NCBI RefSeq assembly: GCF_020745735.1
Contig: NW_026867441.1
Location: forward strand, 417,951 to 481,950
DNA length: 64,000 nt
Source of the DNA: Hemiscyllium ocellatum
Taxonomy: Eukaryota
Reading direction: 5' to 3'
The notes below the pieces were generated by a model. The model was not told where the DNA came from, searched no databases, and worked only from the letters and a program-made list of their open reading frames with translations. Made by a program: the position numbers and the translations under genes. Position 1 is the first letter of the stretch. Every line of letters starts with the position of its first letter. Below are positions 1 through 11,455 of the stretch, in pieces.

Positions 1-297
1 GGCCAGCTGTAACCTTGCTGACAGTAATAGTCAGCGACATCTTCATTCTGAACGTTGCTGATTGTCAGGGTGAAACTGGTCCCTGATCCACTGCCGGTGA
101 ATCGCTCGGAGACTCCTGTGAATCGAGAGTTGTTGCACGATAGATCAGGAGAGAGGGTTTCTGACCTTCTCGCTGCTGGTACAAAGCAACATAGTTGCTA
201 ACAGATTGACTGGCCGTACAGGTGAGTGTTGCGGTCTGGTCCCGTCCCACTGACAGCACCGGGGGAGACTGGGTCATGCTGATGTCCCCACTGATAC
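1..297 (-). pseudogene. IGKV: Ig kappa-type light chain V exon (V1), pseudogene; 3' end and RSS fall just outside the window
   Basis: Acceptor CAG at 300-298, then [27 protein letters not shown]...; the conserved FR2 Trp is TTG (Leu: NYVALYQQ). A 2-nt CT insertion at about 126-129 (ACT CT CGA TTC) shifts the frame; removing it restores [41 protein letters not shown]. Confidence 0.95.
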
Positions 298-483
298 CTG
301 AGGGGTCAAAGAGAAACACAGTGAAGTCAGAACTGTCACAGAAAGAGCCGGTCAAATGAGAGATTGTTGGAGACACTGAGCATTCCTCTGGTTTCAGCAT
401 TTTCCCTTCAATCACAAGTCAGTGGAATTGGAGTGAAATGGAGAGCAGCGAAAGATTCAAGGTGGAAGGAGAGAGATTTGTAC

Positions 484-532
484 CTGCGACACAGAATGCC
501 AGGGGCCAGATCAGCTGGATGTGTGAAATCAT
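484..532 (-). CDS. Leader exon of V1 (MISHIQLIWPLAFCVA-G), 49 nt, phase-1 GT donor
   Basis: ATG at 532-530, hydrophobic 16-codon peptide, G|GTACAA donor; nearly identical to the leader at 31547-31595. Confidence 0.93.
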
Positions 533-592
533 GGTGTGTGCTCCTGTCCCTGTGCCTGGTTCCTGATAAACTCTCCCTTCACTGGGCTCTGC

Positions 593-672
593 TTTATAAA
601 GCTGCAGCCTGTGAGAGTCTGACTGGGTGTTCCTCAGTATGTAAATGGCATCAGGCAGAGAGAGCCACGTCA
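593..672 (-). promoter_or_regulatory. V1 promoter: TATA (TTTATAAA 593-600), variant octamer ATTTACAT (639-646), TGACGTGG (665-672)
   Basis: Motifs read directly, with the same order and spacing as upstream of V2; an octamer plus TATA is the expected IgL promoter layout. Confidence 0.8.
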
Positions 673-744
673 TCCCTCATACCCCTCTCTCTCTTTCTAT
701 CTCACTCTCTCTGTCTCAGAGTCATTGATGTGAACAGCACTGAA

Positions 745-1740
745 TGAGGCCATTTGGCCCATTGTGTCTGTGCTGGTAAACAAAGATCTGATGACACTAA
801 TCCCATCCTCCAGCTCTTGGCCCATTACCCTGGAGGCTACAGCAACACAAGGGAATATCTAAACACTGCTCCAATTGTCACGAGAGTTTCTGACTCAACC
901 AGCCTTTCAGGCAGTGAGGTTCAGACTCTCACCACCCTCTGGGTGAAAACATTTCTTCTCAACTCTCCTCTCACTCTCCAATCTCCAACTCGCCTGGCTA
1001 TGGACTCCCTCGTGTTCAGAACGATGAGAGGGGATCTGATTGAAACATATAAAATTGTAACTGGGCTGGGCAGGGAGGAGGTTTCCCTGGTTGGGAGTCT
1101 GGAACCAGGGGACACAGGCTCAGGGGGATACAGGGTTGACCATTTCGGACTGAGATGAGGAAACATTTCTTCACTCAGAGGGTGGTCAACCTGTGGAATT
1201 CTCTACCACTGAAGGCTGTGGAGGATAAGGAACTGAATATATTCAAGAAAACAGAGAGAGATAATTGTTTTGCATTTTAACAGCTTGAAGAGAATGGGGG
1301 AGAAGGCAGGAATATGGCTTTGAGAGAGAGGATCAGCCATAGATCTTAGAATGCCTACAGTGTGGAAACAGGCCATTTGGCCCGACTAGTCCACACCGAC
1401 CCTCAAAAAAATGATGACATTCAAAACTTGATACAGCCATGATCATACTGAATGACAGAGCAGAATCAAAGGGCCGAATGGCCTACTGCTGCTCCAAGTT
1501 TCTACGTGTCCATGTCTGTGTTACCTTCAATCTCTGTACCAGGTTATTAAATCCTTTACTGATGTAAAATGTGCCATCCTACCTACCCTATCATTGTCCT
1601 GAATAATCTTATCCCTCTCTATCAGGTCCCTTTTGAGCCTTCACTGCTCAAAGCTCACATTCAGGCAGCATCCTGGAAATCTCCCTGTACCCTCTCAGGT
1701 ACAATCACATTCTTCCCAGAGTGTGGTGACCAGGACTTGT
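745..1740. mobile_element. Cluster of CR1-like LINE 3' fragments in both orientations, with a short SINE-tail insertion at about 1347-1405
   Basis: RGDLIETYKI motif and ...gggccgaatggcctactgctgctcc tail; inverted homolog at about 30450-31330. Confidence 0.8.
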
Positions 1741-2430
1741 CCCTCTCTCTCTGACTCACATCTGCCATTTCTTTCTCTCTACCTCTATCTCTCTCTCCTA
1801 ATGTTAATCTCTTTCATGTTCTCTCTCCCTCTCTCTCTCACACACACACACGCGCTCTGTCTCATAGCCACATTCTCCAACTCACTGATGCTTTCTGACT
1901 ACATCTTATCATCTGTTTCGCCTTCTCTCACTGTCTCTGTTACTCGCTCCCTCTCTCACTCAGCCTCCAATTGTTACCTGTCACTCTCTATTCCTCCCTC
2001 TTTCTCTCTCCCTCCCTCTCTATCCCAATTTACAGTCTCTCTCCCTCTCTCTCTGTCATTATAAATCTACCATACTCATCTCTTTCTCTCACAATCAACC
2101 CTACCCTCCCTCTCAACTCTCTTCATGCTTAGTCTCACACCCATCCTGTCTCTCTTTCTCTCTCTCTCTCTCCTTGTCTCTTGTCTCTCTCCATCCCTCT
2201 CAGTCACACTGTCTCACATCTTGTTTTTCTCTCTCTATCCCTCAACCTCACCATTTCTACCTCCCTCTACCTCTCTTGGTCCCCTCACATATCTTACACC
2301 GTATCAGATGCTCGTCCCTCTATCTCTCTCTCTCACTTTCTTTCTTTCTTTCTCTCTCTCTCTCTCCTCACACACACACACACATTATTTTTCCCTCCAT
2401 CTCTCTCTGCCTCACTGCTCTCTCTTTCTG
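1741..2430. repeat. CT/CA-rich low-complexity tract
   Basis: Degenerate (CT)n and (CA)n runs; GA-rich inverted homolog at about 29980-30440. Confidence 0.9.
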
Positions 2431-2819
2431 ATAGTGTCCTGGGTGGTGACAGTTGAATGCAGGATAAATCTCCCTCTGCTTTGCCCCACTAATGGATGTT
2501 AACCCTTGACCCCTGTCTTCTCCTGGGTAAGGCCCTATTTCCACGTTGACCAGGGTTTGGTCTTTCTCAGGAAGATGGACAGATTCTGGTCAAATGAAGG
2601 GCAGTTCTGTGCTGTTGGCCTATTCTCACTGGGGACTGATTTGGACACAAACCTCATTCCGTGAAGGCCCAGCAGAGAGAGGAGATCCTCAGATCATCAG
2701 CGTGAGTTGGGGGAGACAGGAGAGGCTCTGACCCACTGACCCATCCTGTCCATTCACAACATGTTCAATCCCTTCCCCTCTCCTTCCCCTTCCATGGTCA
2801 GTCTTTTCTGAATGGAGAG

Positions 2820-3010
2820 GTCCCTTCCCTGTCTCACACCAAGGAGGAGATGGACAGATATTTAATGGGTAATGGGTTAAAGGATGATGGAAAGTGGGCA
2901 GGAAAGTGGAGTTGAGTCTGAGATGGGATCAGCCATGATTGTATTAAATGGTGGAGTGGGCTCGAGGGGCTGAATTGCCTGCTCCTGCTCCTAGTTCTTA
3001 TGTTCCTCCA
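2820..3010 (+). mobile_element. CR1-like LINE 3' tail
   Basis: atcagccatgattgtattaaatggtggagtgggctcgaggggctgaattgcctgctcctgctcctagttcttatgttc terminus, seen many times in the window. Confidence 0.75.
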
Positions 3011-3240
3011 CCCTCTCCCCCATCCCTCTTACTGCAACTTTGTGAACATTCTTGGAATGCTTGGACATCGAAGGAGTTATGTGAATTCAGGATTTGTGTG
3101 GATTTAATGTGGGGACAGAATTGCACACGGGCTGTGATAGATCCTGCGGGTGAATATCCTGCTGGCAGGCTCCGCCTTCCATATACAGAATGGGGAAGTG
3201 GGGGATGTCGGAATGTACTGCCGGGGTACACGGCACTGTC

Positions 3241-5370
3241 CTCTAGCAATGTGGTTGACTCTCTAGTGCCCTCTGAAATGGCCGAGCAAGGCTCTCAGTT
3301 GTATCAATTATGACAATGTTTCAACAAAGAAATGAGACCGGACGGACCACAGGCATCGATCTAGACACCAAAAAGACAATGACAGAAACAACCCTGTCTA
3401 CCCTGCTCCATCCTCCTTACTGACATCTGGGAGTTAGTGCCAAATTCAGGAGAGCTGTCTCACAGATGACTCAAGCAACAGTCTGACACAGTCACACTCA
3501 CAGAACCACCTTACAGACAATGCCCCAGACACCACCATCACTGTCCCTGCATGTGTCCTGTCCTACCAGAAAGGCAGACCCAGCAGAGCTGATGACACAG
3601 TGGTCTACGGCCAGAAGGGAGTTACCCTGGGAAGTCTCAAAGTTGTCTCGTGAAGACTCATGACACCAGGTTAAACATGGGCGTGGAAACCTCTGGTGAT
3701 TACAAGATATCTTGCTCCCTCGGCTGATGAATCAGTCTCCTGGATGTTGAACAACATTTGGAGAAAGCACTGAGGGTGATGACAGCAGAGAGTGTACTCT
3801 GTGTGGGGGGGTTTCAATGTCCACACTGAGAGTGGCTCGGCAGCAGCATTACTGATCGAGCTGGTTGGTTCCTCATGGATGTAGCTGAGGGACTGGCTCT
3901 GCAGCTGGAACCAAAGAGATGGAAAAAGTTGCTTGACCCCATCCTCACCAATCTTATGGCTGTAGATGCATCTATCCTTGACAGTATTGGTAAGAGTGAC
4001 CATCACACAGTCCTTGTGGAAACAAAGTCTGTCCTTCACATTGAGAATCCCCTCCATTGTGTTGTGTGGTACTATCACCGTACTAAATAGGACAGACTCC
4101 GAACAGATATTGCAACTCAAGGCAAACTCTTATTGCACAATGCATCAGCACTCTCAACTCCAGATACTGAAGCAGTCCACATGCAAATGCAACAATATCT
4201 GGACAATATCCAAGTTTTGTCTGAGAAGTGACATTTCCCATTGGTGCCATGCAAATGCCAGCCAATCACCATCACCATAAGAGACAATCTTAACATCGCC
4301 CCTTGACAATCAATGCTATTACCATCACTGAATCCCCACTATCAACATTCTTGAGGTGTCATTGACCAGAAACACAACTGTATTCACCAAAGAAACACAG
4401 TGGTTACAAGAGCAAGTTAGAGGCTAGGAATACTGCATCCAGTAATTCACCTCCTGATCCCCAAAGCCTGTCAACCAAGTCAGGAGTGTGAGCAAATACT
4501 CCCCACTTGCCTGGACAGGTGCAGCTCCAACAACATTCATTGATTGATAGTGTCACAGAGTCAAACAGCACAGAAACAAACCCTTAAGCCAAACTTCTAC
4601 ATGCTGACCAAGTTTTCTGAAGTGAACTCATCTTATTTGCCTGCGTTTCACACATATCCCTTGAAACCTTTCCTATCTATGTCGATTGTATCCTATGTCT
4701 TTCTTATCCACTCAAAAAGCTTGATACCATCCAGAGCAAAGCAAACTCCTTGATTGGCATCGCATTCTCAAAACACCCAAACTCACCGTCACTGACGCTC
4801 CATAGCAGCAGTGTGTATTATCGATAAGATGCACTGCAGAAATTCATCACTGATCTTCAGATAGCACCTTCCAAACCCATGGACAAAAATAGAAATTTCA
4901 GGAAAAGCTCAGCAGGTCTGGCAGCATCTTGGAGAGAAATCAGAATTAACATTTCGGGTTGAGTATGAAATATTAACTCTGATTTCTCTTCACAGATGCT
5001 GCCAGACCTGCTGAGCTTTTCCAGCACTTTCTATTTTTGTCTCAGATTTACAGCATCTGCAGTTCTTTTGGTTTCCCTTCAAACCCACGTTCACTTCCAT
5101 TTAGAACAAGAGCAGCAGATACATGGGAACACTGTGAGCTGCAAGTTCCCCTCGAAAAAGCTTAGCATCCGGACTTGAAAATATGTCGCTGATCCCTCAG
5201 CCTTGCTGGGTTAAAATGCTGTGCATTGTGGGTCAACTTACAGCTTGTGGACGATAACAATTCAAGATGGCAGCTTCCCACCACCTTCTCCAGGGCAACT
5301 AGGGACAGGGTAAAAAATGTTGGCCCAGCCGGTGATGCCCACTTCCCCACAGGTGAATATGTAAAACCAA
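3241..5370 (+). mobile_element. Internally deleted APE-endonuclease non-LTR retrotransposon (clade uncertain): 5' UTR remnant, EN domain, end of RT and 3' tail
   Basis: EN motifs include ...ILDSIGKSDHHTVLVETK (ORF 3875-4090). Near 4120 the sequence jumps to post-RT sequence. The 3' tail cagggcaactagggacagggtaaaaaatgttggcccagcc recurs at about 55716. Confidence 0.75.
4882..5041. mobile_element. Fold-back pair of PLE-type 3' termini (about 74-bp arms, 11-nt loop) inserted in the LINE
   Basis: gacaaaaatagaaa...aacatttc / gaaatatt...ctatttttgtc are reverse complements; imperfect TSD cttccaaacccatg / cttcaaacccacg. Confidence 0.8.
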
Positions 5371-5879
5371 ATGAAGTGTCCCTCAGGAGGGGAGAGGGAA
5401 TGTTCAGGATCCTGAGCTCCATTTCCCAGCCCAGGCAGTTTGTCTCCCAATGAATGAATGAGATGCCAATTTGAAGTCCAGGTTCAGGGCAGTCTCACTC
5501 TGTGGACATGAGGTCTATAAGAGGGAATTGGAGATTGAGCTATAAAAGAAAGATTTGCTTGGTTACGGGGAGGGAGAGAGGGGGAGCAGTGGGATTAACT
5601 GGGTCATTCAAAGGCATGATGGGCTGAATGGCCTCCTCCTGTGCTGTCAGATTCCAGGGAGTGCAGACAGTTCACAGTTTTCTCCTGTCTCAGTAACAAA
5701 CACCCAGCTGCTCCGAGCTCTTCTTTCACTTCCTCTCTTGGTGAAGTTGCAACCTTGCGCTCTGACAGTCTTTGCAGTTATTTGTTGCACTGGGGCTTTC
5801 TGCTGTGGTCAGAATCTCTAATAATAAGTGTCCAATCAGTGACAATCACAGCAGCTAAGACCAGTCAGGACTGAGGAGC

Positions 5880-6350
5880 CAGGCTCACTGGGAAACACAT
5901 TGGCAGGATCAAAGCCATCCTCTTCAGCTCCCAGTACAAACTCCATCCCTCTCCCTGAGCACTGTCTGCTGCTCTACCAGACTCTTTACAACTTTGGCCT
6001 CATCTTTGGGGCTGATTTGAGGCCCAAATCCTCCACATCACGATTATCAGCCACTGAAAATCTCAACCATGTTTTTGAGACCATTCCAATGTTATCCACG
6101 CCCACATCACAGCTACTGACTTCCGTAAACATCAGCTCATCCCAAACTCTGCTGTCAGTGTTCAAACTCACACCAAGTCCACCCCATACTCCTGTCCACG
6201 CCTCCCACTCCACCATGACCATCACAATCCTCACTGACTGACATAAGCTCCTGGTCCAGCAACACCTCGATTTTCAAATTCTCATCCTTGTTCTCAATCT
6301 GCTCCCTGTTCTTCCACCCCTCCCTATCTCTGTGACTTCTCCAAGCTGCC
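5880..6350 (+). mobile_element. L2-like LINE 3' ORF2 fragment
   Basis: SIPLPEHCLLLYQTLYNFGLIF and LLVQQHLDFQILILV match the typical L2 C-terminal motifs (NLGVxFD, LHWLPVxxRIxFKILLL). Confidence 0.75.
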
Positions 6351-6359
6351 TCACTCACT

Positions 6360-7020
6360 GTGATCAATAATCTTGGATATATGGCTCTCTGTTTCTTCAT
6401 CCAAGTCATTGAGAAATATCGTGAAAAGCTGAGGTCCCAGCACAGATCCCTGGGAATACCACTACTCACATCTGGCTCATTGGAACACACGCACATTATC
6501 CTTCCTCTCTGTCTCTTAGACAGACCCATTCCTGACCCAAGGTAAATGCATTTCTCAAATTCCATCCAATTCCATGATTTGGAGATGCCGGTGTTGGACT
6601 GTCGTGTAAATGTTAAAAATCACACAACACCAGGTTCTAATGCAACAGGTTTGTTTGGAAGCATCAGCGTTTGGAGCGCTGCTCCTTCATCAGATGGTTG
6701 TGGAGTGTAAGGTCTGAATCAATGTTTCTTTTGTGGAACATTCTTAAATGTTTTTGGAATCCCTATAGACAATAGCCATCGACATTCCTTATATCCCACA
6801 CCAGTGAGCTCCTAACAAAGTGTAACCGGTTAGTTAAAGATGTCTGAACCTTTGTCAATCCAGACTGACTCTCTCGGACCAGTTCATATTTGTCCGTTAT
6901 TCTGTCTCTAAAAACAGACTCAACCACTTCCTGACAACAGACATTCAATGGAGATGTTCATTGTGATTGAGGCTCGTAAACAGCTAGCACTGACACGAGG
7001 GGCTGAACAGCCTCCTCCTG
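6360..7020 (-). mobile_element. Old CR1-like RT fragment, interrupted by a PLE terminus at about 6575-6715
   Basis: Minus strand encodes degenerate SQxGLTKxxxxLTNxLxF and SGxPxxxxxGPxLFxIxxNDLDE motifs; inverted paralog pieces at 25090-25280 and 18017-18830. Confidence 0.7.
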
Positions 7021-7129
7021 TGCTGGCACATTCTCTGTCTCCTGGACTGAAATATTTTACAGATTTAAAAACTAAAGACCAGCAGCAAATTTTAAAATAT
7101 AAATTAAAAACTCCTCAAATAATTTCCAC

Positions 7130-10100
7130 ATACAGGGCCGGGCGATGTGTAGTAATTGTACGATGGGGAAGGTGGTGGAGCCCATTGTAGCTCAGAGTGA
7201 CCACATCTACAGCAAGTGTTGGTTGCTCAAGGCACTCCAGCTCAGAGTTGATGAGCTGGAATCTGAGCTTCAAACACTGCGACACACTCAGGGAGGGGGA
7301 TGAGTTACCTGGACACTGTGTTTGGGGAGACAGTCACACCTTGTAGGTTAAATACTTCAAATTATGGCCAGTGGTCAGGGACAGGAGGGTGTGACCAAAG
7401 TGAAAAGGTCGATGCAGCCTGGATTTAGCCTTACAGGCTGCCTCTGCTCCTTGTCCAACAGGAATGAGGTACTTGCTCCTGTGTCAATGAGGAAAAGGAT
7501 TTTTGTCGGGAGAATGTGGCAAATGTCAATTTGAGGATTTGGTGATAGTGACCATAACTCTGTAGTTTCAAAGTCATTATATAAAAGATTAGAATAGGGC
7601 AGAAATGTATTGTCTAAACTGGGGGAAAATGTAGGATGTGTAGGTTAGGTGCATTACTTCCACATGGGTGATGAAGATTTACAGGGATAAGGTAGGGAGA
7701 CAGTCTGGGTGGGATGCTCTTCAGGAAAGTTGTGTGGATCATTGGTCTGAATTGGACTGTTTCACAGTTTATGGATTCTTTAATTCGATGACATCTACGG
7801 GCAGTCATTGCTGGCTTGGCCAGAGATGTCCATTTCTACTATGGAATGAATGAAGGAAACCACTGCACCATGGTCCAGGAGGACACTCTGGTATTGGGGG
7901 AGCATAAAGATAAGTGGGGTCTTGATAATGATGGGAACTGTTAGCATCCCTTTGTGAGCAGGGAATTGAGAGCCCACACTTGGTGTGTTTTGCTGGTTTC
8001 AAGGTAAGGGCATCTCGAGCGGCTTTTTAAGTATAACAGACTGGGGTGGTGGGGGGGTGGGGGTGAGGATCCAGTTTTTGTTGTCTGTGTCGGGACCAAC
8101 AACGTCAACAAAAATCGGCATAAAGGCCGGGGGTAGGGGCGGTGGGGCAGTGCCCTATTTGGACAATATAGGAAGCTTTCAGAAGGATATTGATTGACAG
8201 ATGGAGAGCAATTAAGAAAAGAGGTGAATACAGCATCAGTGCTGAGGAACAGATTCCAATGGAATGGAACTAAATAGAGTTCTATATCCGAATGCATGAA
8301 GCGTAAGAAATAAATAAATTAATCTGCAAGGCACTAATTCAAATTTAAGATTGTGGGTATCGGATCAATTACTGAGCCATAGTTGCTGAATCCATTCAGA
8401 TTGGAACGATATCTATAGGGTTAGAGGTTCACAGGATGGATATGGGGAAATGGCAGAAGAGGTGGAGCAGCTTCATTGATGAGGGAAAAAACGGTTTCAA
8501 TGGTGAGGGAGGTCATAATGAGGAGAAAACATTCAGTGGGAACTGAGAAGCAGGAAAGGATCTAAAACTGTAGTAGATGTTGGATACAGACCCCCTGACA
8601 GCAGCTCTGAGGTGCTGGATTGTATAAATGGAGGAATTAGACAAGTGTGTAGCAAAGCCAGTGTATTATTAATGGGGAAGTTTAACTTTAAATTAGATTG
8701 GGAGACAGACAAGCCCTCTGTCAGAAAGGTAGTGAATTGCTGCTGTGTGTCCAGAATAGTTTCCAACAGCAATAGGTCCTGGATACAACAAGGGGACAAG
8801 CAATATTGGAATTAGTAATGAATAATGAGCCAGATTTAGTTTGTAATATTTGTGCATGAATATTTATCAAATAGTGATCATAACATGATCTAGTTCAGTG
8901 TCGCATTTGAAAGTAAAAAGCATGAATCAGCTGCTAGAATTTGAGATTAAGGTAAGGGCCGACTTTAACGAGATGCGACAGAGACAGTCCACAGTAAACT
9001 GGGAAAATCTGCTCATGGGTAAAACAACTGAAGAACAGTGGGGAATACTTAAAGGAACATTCAGCACAAAACAAAGCCAGTTTATACCTGAGAGGGAAAA
9101 GCGAACAAACAACAATGGTCAATTAAAGAGATAAGGGAAAGAATAAAATGTTAAAAAGGCTTACAGAAAAGCCAAAAAAAGGACAGATTCCGCTGAATGG
9201 GAAGGATACAAAAGGGCCCCATATCAGCTTCTAAGAGCTACCATAAGGGATTCTGAAAGGAAACATGTAAGGGATAACAAAATCAATAAGGAGAAATGTT
9301 CCAGTTCCATAAAAGGGAAGCTGGGAGGTCAGGAGCAATGTTGGCCATTAAAGACTGAAAGTGAGGGATATTGTCAGTGACAATGGGGAAATGACAGACA
9401 TATTAAATAAATACTTTACCTCAAGATTTGCAGCAGAAAAGGAAGAGGACTTGCCTGAAGTCCCAAAGGAATTAACAGAGGATCTGTGTCAGGGACTGAT
9501 TAGATTCCCTGCAGTGTGCAAACATGCCTTTTGGCCCAACCGGTCCACACCGACCCTCCGAAGAGTAACCCACCCAGACCCATTTTCCCTCTGACTAATG
9601 CACCTAACGCTATGGGCAATTTAGTATGGCCAATTCATCTGACCTGCACATCTTTGGATAGTAGAAGGAAACCCATGCAGACAATGTGCAAACTCCACAC
9701 AGGCAGTTGCCCAAGGCTGGAATTGAACCTGGGACTCTGGTGCTGTGAGGCAGCAGTGCTAACCACTGTGTCACCTGAATAAAGTTAATGTCAATAGAAC
9801 ATGTGTAATAAGGAAAATAATGGAACTAAAGAGTGACAAATCCTCAGGACCTGAGGGTGATAAAGTAGTAATAGACCACATTGCAGACACCCTGACTATA
9901 ATCTTTCAGAGTTACCTGGCTTCAGGAGTCGTACCTCTGAATTGGAAAATTGCAAATTTCATTTCACATTTAACAAGAATGTTAGAGAAAAACCAGGGAA
10001 TTACAGGTCACGAAGCCAACGTTTGTGGTGTGGAAATTGTTGTAGTCTATAATCAAGGATGGGGGTAACTGAAGACCTTGAAAATGGTCAGTTAATCAGG

Positions 10101-10510
10101 GAGAATCAGCATAGATTCATGACAAGTTGGTCATGGTGAAAAAATCTCACTGAACATTTTTGAAGAGGAAACAAAATTACTGGACACAGTAATGTCAATG
10201 GATGTTGTTTATAGGGACTTCCAGAAGGCATTTGATAAAATCCCATGTAAGAAACTGTTCAACTCAGTTAGAAATCCACAGAATTGAGGCTAAAATACTG
10301 CCATACCGAAATTGGTTGACAGGTGACAGAAAATAGGGATCATGGATAAGTGCTGAAATTGGCAGGATGTGACCAGTGGTGTCCAATAGGAATGTGTGCG
10401 CACACCTCAATTATTTACATTATTTATTAATGCATTGGATAATGGCATAGAAAGTCAGATACTCTAGTTTGCTAATGACACAAAGTTAGACAGCTTTGTA
10501 GGTAGTGTTC
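7130..10510 (+). mobile_element. Highly decayed CR1-like LINE (ORF1 fragment, EN and RT remnants)
   Basis: ORF1-like KCWLLKALQLRVDELESELQTLRH near 7210-7285; MGKFNFKLDW (EN) near 8670; DFQKAFDKIP (RT) near 10215. Confidence 0.7.
9505..9775 (-). mobile_element. tRNA-derived V-SINE (HE1-like)
   Basis: Minus strand reads ggtgacacagtggttagcactgctgcctcacagcaccag...gtgtggagtttgcaca..., with a CR1-type tail. Confidence 0.8.
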
Positions 10511-10589
10511 ATAGAGTCAGAGAGTCAGCATTCATCCAGTGCAATCTTTAACAGAGTATAATTTATCTTTGACATAGAACTCCTTGACT

Positions 10590-10703
10590 CCATCTCTCTC
10601 ACTCATTCTCTCTCCCCACCCCTCTCTAACTCAGCTGCATAGATCTCACTCTGAGTTCCATTCCTCTTTCTCTGTCCAAGCTCTATCCCCCTCTCTCTTA
10701 GTG

Positions 10704-10746
<43 letters not shown>

Positions 10747-10788
10747 CCATCTCTTGCTCTCTAAGCCGTATCCCTCCCTCCATTTCAG
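10590..10788. repeat. CT-rich tract including a pure (CT)n run at about 10709-10741
   Basis: Read directly. Confidence 0.9.
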
Positions 10789-11455
10789 CTGCTGGGAGTT
10801 CGATCTGAGCCAATTCCAGTGAATCCCATGGAGAATAATGACGGGATATTTGGGGTGTGAGTTTGATGATGTAAATGTGAACCATTGCAGCAAAGACATT
10901 ACAGATGGTTTGTACAGACAGCAAAGCCCAAACCTGAACATTGTGTCAATCAACACAGACCTAATGAAAGCTTCAATAAAATAATTATAAATGCGATTCT
11001 CAGAGATATCATTATTCTAGTTACAAATGGCTATTTCTCAGTGAAGATCCATCCTGCTGAATATTAGATACAGCTGGGCTTTGAAGAAATATTGGGCAGA
11101 TGGAGTGTAATGTGGGGGAGTGTGACCTTGTTCACTTTCATAATAATCATTCAAATGTGACTGGAGAGTTGTTAAGTCCACAGAGCAAAACTTGCCATTG
11201 GGTATAATCCATTAGGTGTGATAAATACAGAACCTCGCTTAGTTCTAGTTATCAGTGAGTTCTTGTCAACATCCTTTTAACAAATCAATTTTATACAAGA
11301 ATGACATACAACAAACCCTCTCTATACAACCTTCTCAGCTGGGAATAGGGCATCCCATATGCCTTCTTCACCACCCTGTCTAGCTATGCTGATACCTTCT
11401 GGGATTGATGGAGTTGTACACCAAGGTCCCTTTGTTCCTCAGTACTCCCAAGGAA

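Noticed and set aside
65-415. ORFs starting [12 protein letters not shown] (also 31664-31975)
   Set aside because: They read through the leader intron; the true starts are the leader ATGs at 532 and 31547.
1633-2502. Long Leu/Ser-rich ORFs
   Set aside because: Artefacts of CT-rich low-complexity DNA.
2571-2701. 131-nt exon-like block (AG...GTGAG) with an open frame in both duplicate arms (paralog about 29707-29837)
   Set aside because: About 14 substitutions give about 9 amino-acid changes in 43 codons, as expected for neutral sequence; no partner exons. A non-coding exon cannot be excluded.
4181-4256. Two perfect octamers (ATGCAAAT); others at 28200 and about 61584
   Set aside because: All lie within LINE remnants, away from V promoters.
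9700-9775. tRNA-like sequences
   Set aside because: These are SINE heads with A/B boxes followed by SINE cores, not complete cloverleaf tRNA genes.
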